Shown: positions 62,291-64,000 of the stretch, one piece after another
Numbering within the stretch: the stretch's first letter is position 1
Layout: the number at the start of each line of letters is the position of its first letter
NCBI GenBank assembly: GCA_958009085.1
Contig: OY253674.1
Coordinates: 930,001-994,000, forward strand
DNA: 64,000 nucleotides
Reading direction: 5' to 3'
Origin: Protoeuglena noctilucae
Lineage: Eukaryota
Program-made: the position numbers and the translations under genes
The notes under the pieces: generated by a model
What the model saw: the letters and a program-made list of their open reading frames with translations, nothing else
The model's database searches: none
What the model was told of the DNA's origin: nothing

Positions 62291-64000
62291 CTAGGCCCTG
62301 CCGGCCCATGGCTGCGAGAAGCGCTCCCTCTCTGGCGACGTCTTGCGGAAATCTGCGTCGTACACCATGCTCTCGAGGACCTTGTATTCCCGGCACACCG
62401 CGTCGTGCACGAAGCGCGCCAGGATCTCCTCCGACTCCTCGCCCTCCTTAGACTGCAGACAAAGCACTCTGTCGCCGTTTCGTGAGCGGCCCATCCGCAT
62501 GCACGGCCGCCATCACTGGTGCCCACCAGCCTCGCCTGCGCAGTGAGGGCGGCCACGTCGACCTCGGGGCATGCCGAGATGCCCACCCCTGTGAAGTTGG
62601 TCAGGCGCCGCTCCCCCAGCTGCTTCTCTGTGGTCTTGGGCGGGGGCATGACGGCCCAGGACACCATGGCCACGGGGTACAGGTGCGTGGGGGACTTGGA
62701 CGTGGCCGCCAGCTTGGCCATCAGGCCCACCGCCGAGGGGTCGAAGCGGTCCGGCATCCACACGTCCTGGCCGTCCACCTCCTTTGGCCTGCGACGCGCG
62801 GCGAGGCGGTGCGAGATATGCGCATCCGATCGACCCAGGCAAGTGTGGGAATACCTTCCCGACGCCCCGCGGCTCACCGGTCCCGTCCCCCCGAGGGGGC
62901 GATCCACACCAGGCGCCCGCCCTCGTTGAGCATCTTGGCCATGACGACGAGCGTCTTGCGGTTCTGCCTCTGCTTGGCGGGCGCGGTGGCGGGGTCGTCG
63001 AACATGTGCTTCTTGGAGTGGACGCAGAAGAGGTTGCGGCCCATGGAGAAGGGCTTGCACATGGCGTCCTGCACCACGCGGTCGCCTGCCACGTAGATGA
63101 CGTCCTCGGCCATGCGGGGCTCGAGGGCCTCGAGCATGTGCGCCCACACCGCCGGGTCCGCCTCCGTCTGGTGGTTGGCCAGCACGACCACGTTGTGCCC
63201 GGCCCGCAGCCGCTCCCCCATCTCCTGGAAGGTCCCCGCGTTGCCCACGAACGACGTCTGGAAGTCGATCAGCGCGCCCACGTAGCGCTGCCCGAAGTCA
63301 TAGTAGTTGTAGGGCTCTGCAGGGGGGGGACAGGACGTCAAGCCTTGCAGGAGGGCCCAGGGTGTCGATGGCAGGGCGAGGGGGGCGCTGCCGTGCACGT
63401 ACCCAGGAGGCGTTCGTGGAACGAGGGGAACTCGTACGGGTCCATGAACTGGTACACGACCCGGTCCGCGATCGCGGCCTGCACCTCCGCCACGAACGTC
63501 TCGTCCCGCAGCCCCGAGCCCAGGACCGCCGTCTTGTAGTTGTTGTAAAAGTCCTTCCAGGCCGGCACTAACTTGGCTGGGAACTGCAGCGCGTGCGGAG
63601 CTAGCGGTTTGCAGCGGAGAGACGGTCGGCGAGCGCCGAGGCGCGCCCACGGCCCTGGTCCAAGCAGACGTGCCCGCGGACGCACCTTCCCCGCGGCCGC
63701 GAGCGCCTCCATCGTCCCGAAAAACTCCGCCTCCGACTTGACCGCAAAGAACGGGGTCTTAACGACTGGGCTGGGGCTCGCGGTCGCAGGCGCCTGGGCC
63801 CGGGCAGGCGCGACACTCCGCGGCCTGCAGAGGACGGGGCTGAGAGGCGGTCCGGAGCTGCAGGTGGGTGCTAGGGACGTCGCCCCTGCTACCAAAGGTC
63901 ACTGCACGTCATTGTAGAGCGGGAAGGTCCGCCCGGGCTGCGAGCGCGGCCCGGGTGCCAGTCGCAGGCGATCCCCGCCGGAACGCGCGGCGTCGGTGCG
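62291..64000 (-). CDS. ATS1: Plastid glycerol-3-phosphate acyltransferase (ATS1); 5' end probably outside the window
   Basis: PYNYYDFGQRYV, NHQTEADP, YVAGDRV, KPFSMGRNLFCVHSKKH, WIAPSGGRDR/P, terminal FSQPW. Confidence 0.95.

Noticed and set aside
1..64000. Introner-type repeated introns or transposons
   Set aside because: By eye the introns share no extended similarity or terminal repeats, and no transposase or RT motifs were seen. An all-vs-all intron alignment would be needed to exclude diverged families.

Overview
Gene-dense, very GC-rich nuclear DNA of a chlorophyte-type green alga. Supporting signs are short spliceosomal introns (mostly 70-220 nt), plastid-targeted rpl6 and GPAT, and TGTAA poly(A)-type signals. 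Manual exon reconstruction gives about 30 protein genes: p25alpha-like, DHX35, LRR-hydrolase, TBCE, CBP20, class-3 lipase, PIG-C, DUF2358, XPA, SLC35F, CCDC137, dolichol kinase, a PAS-PAS protein, CAP, plastid L6, ACD11/GLTP, PABN, ITPK, Nup133, SF1, SNF4, ZW10/Dsl1, CSN3, PRP22, plastid GPAT and several orphans. No RNA genes, CRISPR arrays or recognisable mobile elements were found. Main observations: (1) near-perfect strand alternation with very tight convergent 3' ends, where the few same-strand neighbours look like polycistronic candidates. One has a leaky-scanning signature (5551-5877) and one is an unannotated 3-exon membrane protein in frame behind the DHX35 stop. (2) About 14 of roughly 120 introns use GC-AG, four of them consecutive in SNF4. 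(3) ZW10/Dsl1 carries an ~830-aa acidic, Trp-motif 'lasso-like' insertion. (4) Nup133 lacks its N-terminal propeller. All gene models are read by eye and untested against transcripts or databases.
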